Shown: positions 9,309 to 20,211 of the stretch, one piece after another | Layout: each line of letters starts with the position of its first letter | Position numbering within the stretch: position 1 is the stretch's first letter | Program-made: the position numbers and the translations under genes | DNA from: Candidatus Absconditabacterales bacterium | GTDB taxonomy: Bacteria > Patescibacteriota > Gracilibacteria > Absconditabacterales > Absconditicoccaceae | Assembly (NCBI GenBank): GCA_041750055.1 | Contig: JBGTAD010000014.1 | Coordinates: 1-34,770, forward strand | DNA: 34,770 nucleotides | Reading direction: 5' to 3' | The notes under the pieces: generated by a model | Seen by the model: only the letters and a program-made list of their open reading frames with translations | Told to the model about the DNA's origin: nothing | The model's database searches: none

Positions 9309-9334
9309 AATCTCTTAATCCAATCTCTTAATCC
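9309..9334. repeat. 13-bp direct tandem repeat x2 (AATCTCTTAATCC) plus a partial third unit
   Basis: 9309-9321 and 9322-9334 are identical. The repeat is intergenic, between the convergent ruvX and 9392-9775 genes. Confidence 0.8.
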
Positions 9335-9391
9335 AATTTCTTCATAAATACAATAAAACATCATTCCGCTATCTACTTATAGTAAGATATA

Positions 9392-9775
9392 CTATCGAAA
9401 TGAAACAAATCCTAATAATAATCCCAGTACTACTGAGGATAAAGAAGCAATAAAGATATACATTTTGCTAGCTTTGTATCCGATGAGGATCTTGCTCGCT
9501 AATGTAGGAAACAGGATGCTAGTTGCTCCTTTGATCAGGCTGATTCGTCATAGCAGAGTCACGATTCGTATGTGTTGCTCATATACTCACTGATACAAAG
9601 TGATCAACAACGATCATATGATCAGATTAAAAATACTCATGAGTCGTAGTGTAGATTTATGACTCGCAATCTCGTCCAGCAGTGAGACATAGTAGCTTTG
9701 GTTGATCATCATACTCGTTCATAATATCACGAAGATCACCGAAAACGCATGTAATATAGAGAAAATATCGTGCAT
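9392..9775 (-). CDS. Hypothetical small membrane protein (127 aa)
   Basis: ATG 9773-9775. Reads MHDIFSILHAFSVIFVILG.., about four hydrophobic spans, five in-frame TGA, stop TAG 9392-9394. Not present in the standard-code track. Confidence 0.5.
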
Positions 9776-9898
9776 CAAAATAATATATAAAAAATAAAAT
9801 AAATCTGACACTAGCAGTATTGTAGCGAGAATCATCAAAAACGCAAATATTAGATCATGTTTCAGATTTTATTTGTTTTATGATATGTATCCAATACC

Positions 9899-10702
9899 AT
9901 GTCTATGAATAAAAAACTGTGAGTAATATATATCTTAGCAGGTATCTTGCTACCATCGTTGGGTGCTGCTGCTTGTGTAGATTTCAATAATGGACGCCTA
10001 TGTGTCGATGTCGTGTATGTCTGATCGTCTCAGTACAGACTCGTGAGCAACGTTCCCAATCTGTATAATACTAATACCTATCCAGCATTGAGATGTGAAG
10101 TCACACTGCCTGATGGTACCAAGCGAGAAGAAGCCTGATGTGATATGACGTTTGCCTACAATGGCTGATGATCAGAGATCAAAATACTCATGGGTTTTGA
10201 CAAACAAGTACTATATAGAGGATTTTCTTATCGTTTTGCTGATTCGTTAGCGACTCTGTGAGCTCCATATATCCCGAGTGAGCAGTATAATACGCTCGAT
10301 AGTACTAGAGGATCATCAACCACTACGATTATCAGTACCAATCCCAGCACTACGTATGATAGACCAACCAATACATACGCAAATACGACATATTATGGAT
10401 GAGTAGGTACTGTAGGATCATTAAATACGCTGTCGATACCTATTGCATGAAGATCAGACTGATTTACCTCTGCACAATACTCTACCGTCAAGAGAGTATA
10501 TGATGCGTGGTCTCTATTGATCAGGAATATCTCAAATACATATCCTAGAGTTCGTAACAACGTACAGCGACAGACACAGCAGCAGAGAATATATCTCAAT
10601 ATGATTGATATATTGGGTAACGTATCAGGGAAGTCATATACTCAGTATTCTGTTTTCGTAGGAGAGGTCTCTAGACTTGTACAGTCAGCTCGTAATTTAT
10701 AG
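9899..10702 (+). CDS. Secreted hypothetical protein or lipoprotein candidate (267 aa)
   Basis: Reads MSMNKKLGVIYILAGILLPSLGAAAC.. (signal peptide with Cys). Frame 2 is continuous to TAG 10700-10702 when about 11 TGA are read as sense. Thr/Ser/Asn-rich. Confidence 0.6.
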
Positions 10703-10772
10703 AGATCATCTACGTCTTGTGCCCAAAGATTAGTCTGTGAGTCTAGGAAGCGGGTTTTTTACTGTCGTATCG

Positions 10773-12011
10773 CTATGGTGTTGTATAACGTTGTTTGTTT
10801 GTGAAGCTTGTTTGTAGAGTGATGCCATAGAGTTTGAGCGAGTTGGCAGGTATTTGTCCGCGTCGATATTCTCCATACAAATTGCTCGTGAAGCGGATTG
10901 TCACATACGAACTTATTTGAGATCCGCTAGATATTCGAGAAAGACTCGGATCACTATTAGGGCTGATAGATAAAGATCGTTCGCTTACCGTTAGATCGCG
11001 TCATAGCAGACTAATCCATCCATCATTTGTGTTTGCGGGGAGACGATATCCGGTGTATGCTCATCCCATATTTTGTCACTGACAAATAAATCATTCATTC
11101 AGATCACATGCTCGTGTATCGATTTTCCCATCGTAGACCCCGCTGGATGTCGTGACGTTGAAGTCATGATTTGTACCAGCGTCAAATCCTTTGAGTCTGA
11201 GTATCTGCAAAGAATATAATCTATCGACACTGCTATTGCCAGTAATACCATCATTATCTCGGTCTCCACTACCCAGCAATTGTCTCCTGATAAATATCCT
11301 AGAATCCTTGGATGGAGAAATGAGGTACAACTCCTGAGCTCAAGATCCTCACATGAGTGCGACGGGTCAGATTCCAAGATCTTTGTCATCATCATCTCCT
11401 GCTGATCATACCAGTGAGCTATTTACTTCGTCGGCTACATCGATATGTTGTAGTGCATATTGTCCAAAAGACTGGTATTGAGGCTGTGTAAATCTTCATG
11501 GGTTGTACTGATAGCATCCTCATCATAGATTTACAGATGTATTTTTGAATGTAATACGAGGGTAGGAGGGCATGGTCTCATCGGTACCGATACTCGAGCT
11601 ACAGTAGTACAGATGATGTCATGACTGAGAATCTCCATTTATGATAAATGTATCGATACTATTGGCATTGCCATAATGAGTGAACAATCCACAAGAAGCC
11701 CCTGTACCGACATCTCGTAGTGGTAATCCTACGGTATTACAGCCTACCAATTGTCTATTAAAGTATTCTTCATAGTCGATCGAATAATCTCTCAAGAGGG
11801 TATTGATTTTTTCGAGGGTAAAGTATGATTGCTGAATGAGAGCTTGCCTAGCAGAAGAATCTGCCTTGATTGTGACCATCTGACGATACACGCCCAATAC
11901 TGTCGTCATGATCAAGAAAAAAATCGTGATAGCCGTCAACATTTCCATGAGTGTGAATCAATGTATCTGGCGACGATACATGTTGCGAAGACGACAAGAT
12001 GTGCAAACCAT
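10773..12011 (-). CDS. Type IV pilin-like protein (large pseudopilin / minor pilin) with prepilin N-terminal cleavage-methylation motif
   Basis: Reads ..MYRRQIH-G(TGA 11958-11960)|FTLMEMLTAITIFFLIMTTVLGV... This is the classic G|FTLxE plus hydrophobic helix. The frame is continuous for 412 aa to TAG 10773-10775. The start could instead be ATG 11979-11981. Confidence 0.75.
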
Positions 12012-12206
12012 AAATTCATATACAAAACAAACAAAATCTGATAACTCATACCTATGGTTTGAATAGCTTGTTTCAAGCGATTGTGGGTATGAAAATATAT
12101 TTCTACATGAATGTCAATCCAAGATAGCACCCATCATTTGCAACTGCTATTTTTTTGGATATAGTGTGGTATTAGATTTTTATTTTATTGTTCATGATTA
12201 CAACCT

Positions 12207-12800
12207 ATGGTGATGATCCCTACCATTATCGAAAAAACTCATAACGGAGAGAGAGCCTACGATTTATATTCTAGGATGTTGGAGGATAGAGTGATATTTT
12301 GTTTTGATCAAGTGGAGCCACGTATGGCAAGCAATATTATTTCACAGCTTTTGTACCTAGAAAAAAAAGACCCTGACAAAGATATCATCATGTATATCAA
12401 TTCTCCTGGAGGTCATATTAGCTCAGGTATGGCTATCTATGACACGATGCAGTATGTTAAATGTGATATTGTCACCATTGGTATGGGTATGGCTGCATCG
12501 ATGTGATCGTTCTTGCTCACTGCCGGCACCAAAGGCAAGAGATTTGCTCTCCCACATACCGAGATCATGATCCATCAGCCACTGATTTCAGGATGAGTTG
12601 GATGACAAGCTACTGATATTGCTATCACTGCCGAGAATATCATCAAACGAAAAAACATCCTCAATGAGCGTCTCTCTTACCATACAGGACAACCTCTAGA
12701 GCAAATCCAAAAAGACGTCGAGCGTGACAATTATATGATGGCTGAACAAGCATTAGCATATGGACTGATCGATAAGATCGTAGGAGATATCAAGAAATAA
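12207..12800 (+). CDS. clpP: ATP-dependent Clp protease proteolytic subunit
   Basis: Reads ..[35 protein letters not shown](TGA)-SFLL..IMIHQP..ERDNYM... Catalytic Ser and His contexts are intact. Stop TAA 12798-12800. Confidence 0.95.
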
Positions 12801-12886
12801 TACGAAATAAAAACACAAAATTCCTGAGTTGTATAGATGTATATCGTTTGATGTAGATTGATGATACAACCAGGTTTTTTCAAAAA

Positions 12887-12918
12887 ATCGAGTCCCTCGT
12901 TCAACGAAAGGACTCGAT
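12887..12918. terminator. Long hairpin between convergent clpP and greA
   Basis: ATCGAGTCC-c-TCGTT-c-AACGA-aa-GGACTCGAT, with an A-run upstream and a T-rich sequence downstream. Confidence 0.6.
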
Positions 12919-12953
12919 TGTATTAGTATGTAGATTGAATGATCTTACTTCAA

Positions 12954-13481
12954 TTATTTCACTTCGATGATTTTCATATCTTGTCTACCATTTGCTAGTC
13001 TGACTCTGACTTTATCTCATGATTTCTTGCCTCTGATTGCTATACCGATAGGTGAGTCAAATGACATCATGAGATAGTCAGATTTATCTATTTGGACTTG
13101 GTTTTCTTTGTCAAAGCTTCGATTATAATCGACTTCTGCACCACCTACGATGATGACTTTGGAACGTTCTCATTTATCGTCCTCGATGGTAACTTTAGAT
13201 CCAAAGCTGATGGGTTGATCTTTACTAACTACTCATTTAGATCCTTCGATGATTTCTACATTTTTGAGCATGTAGTCTATTTCAGAAATTCTGGATTCAG
13301 CAAACTCTTTTTCTGTTCTATTCACATCGTAGTCAAAGTTTTCTGACAGATCTCATTGAGACTGAGCATCTTTGAGTCTTTCTAGTATTGCGGGGAGTTT
13401 GATTGTTTTGAGATCATGGAGTTCTTGTATCAGTTTTTCGTATCATTCTTTAGTAAGATAGTTTTTTTGTTGTTCGAACAT
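12954..13481 (-). CDS. greA: Transcription elongation factor GreA
   Basis: Reads MFEQQKNYLTKEGYEKLIQELHDLK..LPAILERLKDAQSQGDLSENFDYD.. with a C-terminal FKBP-like ..SFDSPIGIAIRGKKSGDKV... 175 aa. Stop TAA 12954-12956. Confidence 0.9.
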
Positions 13482-13730
13482 ACGTATGAATATATAAAGA
13501 TAAAGCGCAATAGCGTAGAAATATTGTGATATTTTTGATTGGTTGTATATGATCATACACACCTATCTATCTCAAAACAACATATAATATACCAAAATCA
13601 AAAATAAATCTGAATAGTATGATTATCGTTTGTTTGTATACATAGGGATCATAGATTGGTATGATGTGAGTATTGATAGATTCGTTATTGTGATGCTATG
13701 AGAGAGGGCTATTATACTCAGATGTTTCTT

Positions 13731-14066
13731 TTATGTGTGATAGAGATCTTTGATGAAACGTTGAGCTTTATCAAATGCGTGATGTACAAGATCTTTTGGA
13801 CTTTCAAATTCTTTTTCTCCTTCTCTTTTGAACACAAATTGTTCGCCAGCAAATAGAAAGTTAAATGTTCCTTCGTATGTATCTTTGATAGCGTGTTTGG
13901 AAATACTAATGTGTATTGATGAGGTTCAATGTGGATGTCTATCATGGACTTTTTTGAGATATGCATCCATTTTATTATCGAGATTGAATTGGACATCCTC
14001 TTTGATGCTGGATTCGGTGACCGGACTAAGATTTTCAAAGTGATATTGGATTTGAATCTGGGACAT
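13731..14066 (-). CDS. Ribosome hibernation / ribosome-associated inhibitor (HPF/RaiA family) candidate
   Basis: 111 aa starting MSQIQIQYHFENLSPVTESSIKEDVQFNLDNKMDAYLKK..IHISISK..YEGTFNF..PKDLVHHAFDKAQRFIK. The layout resembles the beta-alpha-beta-beta-beta-alpha fold of HPF/YfiA. One TGA. Confidence 0.5.
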
Positions 14067-14105
14067 ATGTATCAAAGTAAGGATATAAAGATCGTTGATG
14101 GTGAA

Positions 14106-14396
14106 TTAGAGATCTTGTATCATTTGTTCTAATGATCATACTTCTTGTTGTGATACAGCTTCTTCATTCGACTCTTGTTGTTTAATACGTTCGAGTATTT
14201 TGATACTTTGGGCCAGTTTTTGTTTGGTGATTTCTGCTGATGTGCTTTTTACTGCTGATTTGAAAATATTCATCAGTGCTCAGAGACTATCTTCATCCAG
14301 TGCTTGGTTTTCGATCAGTACTTTGAGACCAGCAGCAATTGGTCGGTTATTCTCTAGAGCTTTGAGGATAGTGAGCATATATTCCTTTTGGGACAT
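14106..14396 (-). CDS. Hypothetical small helical protein (96 aa)
   Basis: ATG 14394-14396. Two in-frame TGA. Stop TAA 14106-14108. Coiled-coil-like Gln/Glu/Lys-rich C-terminus. Invisible in the standard-code track, where the plus-strand antisense ORF 14200-14562 is shown instead. Confidence 0.45.
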
Positions 14397-14558
14397 GGCA
14401 ATATCTATCTATCAACATAAAAATACTACATCTCATATATCAATTATATCATCAAATGCAACATCACCTTATCACAGATTGACTCAAACGTCAATTGCAA
14501 ATGATTCAGATGCAGAGCAATCTTTTGGTACGTGTATCAAATCTCATATAATAGTATT

Positions 14559-16136
14559 ATGAAATTTGAATACATTCCGTTCATTCCTGTTTTGATCCGT
14601 ACTGCTAGCGTGACTTGTGTCAGTTTTTTGTGGATGATGTTGTCCTATACACTAGTATCTGCTCAATCTCCTGATACGACTGATACTTCATCACAGACGA
14701 CTCGTCCGTGTCTTGCTTGTTCTGCTACTCCTCCAGAGTTGGTCGTACGACATACCTTTGTACAGCAAATGCTATGAACTACGTCCAATGCTCGTACTAC
14801 AGCTCAGGGGTGAGGGGGCGTGGGGTTGTCGCTAGCTTGATGATTTCAGTGAGGGTTGTTTAATACTGGAGAGCCGACAGTTATCAAAGGACTACTACGT
14901 ACATTATCAGACAACATCGCCCAAAAAGCTCAGACTCTTTGAGCAACTGCTTTTTTGGTGACTACGATATCTAGCCAACTGATAGCCAAAGATGGGCCGT
15001 TGGGTTTTGCAGTGCTATTTCAATGAAGATCGGTCTTGAGAGATTTTGTCATGATACAAGATCTAGATAGCCAACTAAGTAACGAGATCTTGGATCTAGG
15101 GATTGCTGGGATGTACACCAAGACCGTACCACCAGAGGTATTACAACAATACAATGCTCTTATCCAAGAATATAAGGGTTGACAGATACCACTACGATCA
15201 CCCAATTCTACACTTTCAGCATGAGTCACATACGACAAAGTCCTCACCATGCTACGAAGACTCAATGGTAGATACAAGACCTTTGTCTCTACAGATAATA
15301 GTAACCCCTTTACGGTATCTAGGACCTATGAGAGAAACAACGGTCAGATTTTGATTGCTTTTGCGTCCGGATATGATCAATTACTCGAAAATGCTTATCA
15401 GTGTACCAGAGGAGTAGTAAACCAGTGTTCCACAGCACTCAAAAATTTTGGTGAAAGTATCAAAAAAATCTGATCCGATACAAAAGACCAAGCTAAAGAG
15501 TCTTTGAATACTATCAAAGAATCACGAAAAAGACTCAAAGTTACGTTATGATTTCGTGATAGTCAGTATATCGATGAGCAACTGAGAGAATTCAATGGAT
15601 ATAAGCAGTTCGCGACATGACGAAGCCTCAAAAACATGATACCTAGAGTCAATGTAGATATTCCTAATCCTCTATCTTCGGCAGACAAAAAGATTTTGCA
15701 TGTGGTGGATAATAAGGTGCAGACCGATCGAGTAGCCAAACAAGAGCTGGATCTCAAACAATCTCAAAGAGACGCGGCGAGAGCTCAAAGAGATCAAGAA
15801 CAAAACCAGAAAAAATCTGATAATGCTATCCAGCCAGTAGATGGATCGTTCGACGTGCGAGATCCTAGTATCGTAGCAAGATCTAGTAACGAAGCTTTTG
15901 CACAAGCTATGGCAAAGACGATGCTCTCTATCGCCAACCAGCAAGAACAAGATGCCACTCGCGCGTTGATAGCAGATCCTAGGTATACAACGATACAGAT
16001 TTGATCTGTCATACAGAGTGTTCAGTCTTCTAATAATGCTATCTGATCCAAAGATACTCCATGATCTATCGTCAGTTCATTGTGACAGTCTTGTGAATTA
16101 CAATGTGCGAACAAAGGCGGGACTTGCTGGTATTAG
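14559..16136 (+). CDS. Secreted hypothetical protein (525 aa)
   Basis: Frame 3 was verified codon by codon. Signal-like ..VTCVSFLWMMLSYTLVSAQS... GTG 14532 is an alternative start. About 20 in-frame TGA. Charged Gln/Arg/Asp coil around 15700-15830. Cys-rich C-terminus. Stop TAG 16134-16136. Confidence 0.65.
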
Positions 16137-16251
16137 TAAAGAGTAGAAAACAACAGATTTCTTATATGTTTTCTCTTTCTTTACTTCTCTTGTTTATTTA
16201 TTTGACCTGTTTATATTACTTATATTTCTCATCCACTGATTATTTTGCTAC

Positions 16252-16527
16252 TTATTTCTTACATTGTTTGCATATTTGTGTATGGTGACGAGTCCATTGG
16301 ACTAGAGTAGAGAGCGATATGTCGAATTGTCTTGCTACGTGTCTAGCAGAAGATCACAGGTGTTTGTATGTCTCTACGACTTGTTGTTTGAATGCTTCTG
16401 TGTACGTATCATATTTTCCTCCTAGACTAAAATATTCATTACATGGGAGGCATTTATATCTCTGCGCTCCAGAGGGGAGTTTTCCGTTTTTGCGGACTTG
16501 GCTTGTGTGACAATTGATACACTCCAT
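16252..16527 (-). CDS. IS1 InsA-like zinc-ribbon plus HTH protein (stand-alone)
   Basis: Reads MECINCHTSQVRKNGKLPSGAQRYKCLPCNEYF..ARHVARQFDISLSTLVQW... This matches the InsA pattern C..C....V.KNGK...G.QRY.C..C followed by an HTH. 91 aa. No transposase ORF follows. Confidence 0.6.
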
Positions 16528-16576
16528 GAGATGATTCTAACACAATACATAATAAATGAATAATGCTTATATCATT

Positions 16577-16843
16577 TTATTCGGATTTTTTCAAGATATT
16601 TGATGATTCATGTTCGATCCAGACTAGTTTAGTCCTGCTTGTGTGTCAGGATTGGATCTGTATGAGGCGTCTAGGTATATCAAAATACTGCGCCAATAGT
16701 ATGATTACTGCTTGGTTAGCTGCTCCATCGATAGGTCTAGCTGTCGTTTTGATCAGCAGATGTGGGCGTCCATGTAGATCGATTCATTGATTGATGATGT
16801 GATCACGAGCTGATCAGGGTTTGACTATGATGAGGTAATGCAT
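16577..16843 (-). CDS. DUF167 (YggU) family protein
   Basis: Reads MHYLIIVKPGSARDHI....LLIKTTARPIDGAANQAVIILLAQYFDIP...IQIQSGHTSRTKLVWI. This matches the UPF0235 pattern (V.PGA...LKV.V.A.P.DGKAN.AL..FLA......V.I..G..SR.K). Confidence 0.7.
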
Positions 16844-17020
16844 GAGAGAGATAGTATCAATAATAATAACGAAGATAATATATGAAGATACAATAAATCT
16901 GATCTTATTTGTTTGGTAGAGCATGAAGGTATTCGTGAAGGTATGGGGATGTATAGATTATGTGTGTAGATGAGGCATATGTGTCAGATTTCATATTTTT
17001 TTAATATGTCTATGGTTTTT

Positions 17021-17049
17021 TTGACAAATATTGATAGATGTCGTATAAT
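17021..17049 (+). promoter_or_regulatory. Consensus sigma70-type promoter (TTGACA-17 nt-TATAAT)
   Basis: TTGACA 17021-17026, 17-nt spacer, TATAAT 17044-17049. It lies 78 nt upstream of ATG 17127. Confidence 0.6.
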
Positions 17050-17126
17050 ACTATCTAATGAATATCATAATGCCAAATAAGGTATCCATTTAACTTTATT
17101 GTTTTATATAATATATTTTTTCTTCC

Positions 17127-18866
17127 ATGAGACAACAGTTTTTGAAGTATGTGTATAGCATGAGTATACTTGCATGAATCATATGATGATTGGGTATACA
17201 GTGAGTATCAGCAGGTTCTCTAAGTTCCAATCGGAATAACGATGGGTTTCTTCAGCAGTCGTTCTGGACTGATAGTCCTACTACAGGGGAGATTGTCAAT
17301 GCTGTGTATGGAGATGCTAATACAGCCTATAGTGCTATATGGTCAGGATGAAACACCTGTATCCCTGGCAATATGAGCGTCGTATATCTCAATAGTGGCA
17401 CCAATACGATTCCTACTAATTTATCATCCAATACTATCTATGTGCTCAGTGGTACATACAATACCTCCTTACAGATTAGGATGTGATGATCTTGTACAGC
17501 GTTGGTAGGGGCTACTCCTCTCACGAGTGTTGTCAAGACGACAGATGGTTCATTTATAACGATCTCCGGTAGTAATATTATCTTAGATAATCTCTTGATT
17601 GATGGTAATGATAAAACCAATGGTGTTTTTGAGGGTATTACTAATATAGGAATTGATAGTTACGTTTTTGACGGACAAGAAAATATTTCAATGAATAATA
17701 TTAGTAGTTATAATGCTGGTAGATGAATAGAAACAAGAATAGGCTGATATCATATTTATATCACAAATAGTAATATATTTAATAATGTTATTGGAATAGA
17801 TCTAGATGGAACGCATAGAGTACTCATTCATAATTCTCATATCTTCAATAATGAGCAATGATTTGCATTATCTACAAACGGATGGACAGATATTGTCATA
17901 GCAAATTCTCAGATCTATAATAATGATGTATTGTTTTATAATCAGTATTCATGCTCTTATACTGATAAAATAACAATCAATAATACTCAGATATATAATA
18001 ATAGTGATACAACAAACTGTGCAACAATACTCAGTGCAGCGGCTGTTAACATGATTGCATCAGATTTTTATTACAATGCTAATGCATCAGTAGATGGAAC
18101 ATTCCCTATACGATGAATAGGTAGATTTTTCGCTAATGACGGTATACCTGGTGATGACTATGCAGGACTATTCACATCCGAGTATGATCCTATCAGGAAT
18201 ACACAGACATGATGACTCATTACGGGACTGACGATGAGTGCTCAGTATCACGCATTACCTAGAGATGTGAGTAATCTCGTCATCCATAATAACGACCCAC
18301 TAGTTATATGAAGAGATGTGACACGAGATCCCGTATTGCCACTGTCATTTAATTATACTTCCACTATTACAAGGAAGCAAGTTCCCCTGTTTTTTTATAG
18401 TATGACATCATGAGTATGTAGCGATCCTTTTTATACATCTCGACAAGAATGTGTCTCCAATTTTGGTACTTTACGATCATGAGATCTCTACGTACCCAAT
18501 GTCGTCATAGATACTGGTAACTATATCTGACAGCCATCATACGGACCTCAATCACCGTGAGCTCCTGCAAGTGTTGAATGTTTTGATTTGACTCCGGCTA
18601 ATGTAGCAAACAATCAAAGCGCTTGATTTCCATCGTTGTGTACTAAGGTACTTATTTCGCCAGCATCGTGACCAGTATGACTGATCGTCCCTATTAGCAT
18701 TGAATATATCAATAGTACTCTATCTGCTCTCACGAATCAGCAATTTAGAGTGTCTTGGTTTCCTATAGTAGCAACATCTGTGCCATCTGCAGTACCGCAG
18801 TCTCGCCAGCTATATGGAGTGTATTTCAAATCATACGCTCCTGATAATGTCACTATCTCTCCTTAG
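17127..18866 (+). CDS. Secreted right-handed parallel beta-helix repeat protein (579 aa)
   Basis: Signal-like N-terminus. Repeated I.N..I.NN / N.TI.N..IYNN turns (17560-18010) are typical of pectate-lyase-like beta-helix repeats. Frame 3 is continuous through about 30 TGA. Stop TAG 18864-18866. Confidence 0.7.
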
Positions 18867-18957
18867 GTATAAAACATCCACGATCTATCTATCAAGACGT
18901 GATGATTTGTCATCTTTCAACAAATATCACGAACGAACAAAAATATTATAAAAATAT

Positions 18958-19003
18958 AAAAAAATCTGACCATCATCAATATCGATATGTGTCAGATTTT
19001 TTT
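18958..19003. terminator. AT-only hairpin built from an inverted pair of the AAATCTGA/TCAGATTT motif
   Basis: AAAAAAATCTGAC (18958-18970) pairs with GTCAGATTTTTTT (18991-19003) around a 20-nt loop. It sits between two + genes, so terminator and/or promoter roles are possible. Confidence 0.4.
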
Positions 19004-19030
19004 TGGTTATATCTTTTTTGGTTATATCTT
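19001..19030. repeat. 15-bp direct tandem repeat x2 (TTTTGGTTATATCTT)
   Basis: 19001-19015 equals 19016-19030, immediately after the TCAGATTT motif at 18992-18999. Confidence 0.8.
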
Positions 19031-19136
19031 GGTGGTATATATCTCTTCCCCGTGTTTCTTAATATGTTCTTAGTTGGTTTCGTGAAATCACCTCATTCGA
19101 TATTGCATTATATCCTCAAATAACTAGTATGAATGT

Positions 19137-19742
19137 ATGAAATCCTTCAACGTCCAAGACTTTTATTTCAAAGAAGCCAAAAAGCACGGCTATGTCGCCA
19201 GGAGTGCGTACAAACTCAAAGAAATACAAGAAAAGTTTGGGATATTGACCGCTAATACGCATAGCGTCATGGATATCTGATGCGCACCAGGATCACGGAT
19301 GCAATATACCCAAGAGACGCTAGACGAACTCAAGGTCAAACAATATCAGGTTTTGTGATGTGATTTAAAACCATCGATCGTCCAGCTGCCACATGTTCAT
19401 ACCTATGTTCAAGATGTTCAAGATCTTGACGCAGTCAAGGCGCTGATGACTCATCATCAGATAGACAAATTTGATGTCATGCTCAGTGATCTAGCGCCCA
19501 ATACTATCTGAGTCAAGCATGTTGATGCTCTCAGAGCTATGGGTATCATCGAAAAAACTCTACCTTTGTATGTCGATTTCCTCAAACCTAACGGCCGCTT
19601 TGCGATCAAGATTTTTATGTGACCAGGTTTTGATGAATTTGTCAAAGAACTCAAGACTCTCTTTGGTTCTAAGCTCATCAAAGTATTCAAGCCCAAAGCA
19701 TGCAGGCCAGATAGCAAAGAAATATATGTAATAAAAGTATAA
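19137..19742 (+). CDS. rlmE: 23S rRNA (uridine2552-2'-O)-methyltransferase RlmE/FtsJ
   Basis: Reads ..ARSAYKLKEIQEKF......VMDI-G(TGA)-CAPGS-[CGG]-MQY..LSDLAPN..G(TGA)..D...KIFMG(TGA)PGF. This is the FtsJ SAM motif (DLGAAPGGWSQ), with CGG 19296-19298 on the Trp. Confidence 0.9.
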
Positions 19743-20182
19743 TGAAATGCGAAGAATACCTTACGAAATGCTAAAGAAGAAATGAGGATTATAGCTCATC
19801 ATAAAGTTTTCGTTTCTATTCGTCATTGGCTATTCGTCATCCGTTATTTTTATTGATAACTATAGGTTTTCAAACACACCCCGTTTTGTCTCATAGTCAA
19901 CTCTAATCTGCGTATTGGGGTCTGATTTCTTTACAATTCGAGCCATTACGGTAATATCATGTCATCATAGACAACTCAATAGATGGCTCCACCAACAAAA
20001 CCTCTATGGCGGTTGCTGTGATGGAGGTATGCCTCCTTAAACTATACATTAGCCTGTCTACCATGTCCGGCGTGTATGAATATGAAGAGGGCGTCTGGTC
20101 TTTTTGTTCTCGATAGGGATAGTGTGAGAATACTATATCTATCGAGGCCTCTGGGTCTCCTAGGCGTCCTCTCAAGAGGATG

Positions 20183-20211
20183 CTAGTGGTATTTCCACTA
20201 GTGTTTTTTTT
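20183..20211 (+). terminator. Canonical intrinsic terminator on the plus strand
   Basis: CTAGTGG-tattt-CCACTAG (20183-20201) followed by TGTTTTTTTT. It lies 440 nt downstream of the rlmE stop with no credible ORF in between. Confidence 0.7.

Noticed and set aside
9309-9334. CRISPR array or other spaced repeats (also checked at 19001-19030 and 22247-22313)
   Set aside because: These are only two adjacent copies of 11-15-bp units with no spacers and no cas genes. They are simple tandem duplications.
13718-14562. Track ORFs 13718-14038 (-), 13828-14043 (+), 13929-14132 (+) and 14200-14562 (+)
   Set aside because: They are wrong frames or strands of the HPF-like (13731-14066) and 96-aa (14106-14396) genes, which appear once TGA is read through. 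Their sequences are Lys- or Ser-rich nonsense.
16137-16900. A complete IS1-family insertion sequence around the InsA-like gene
   Set aside because: There is no InsB or DDE transposase frame, no frameshift motif and no terminal inverted repeats. The downstream neighbour is a DUF167 housekeeping-type gene.
19917-19994. tmRNA or tRNA-Ala-like gene (GGGGTCTGA..AATTCGAG.....GGCTCC-ACCA with a G3:U pair)
   Set aside because: There is no canonical T-arm (no GTTCRA loop with a 5-bp stem), no D or anticodon arm, and no tag reading frame. The 5' and 3' ends are only 78 nt apart, which rules out a one-piece tmRNA, and the order is wrong for a permuted one. It is kept only as a note inside the ncRNA-candidate finding.
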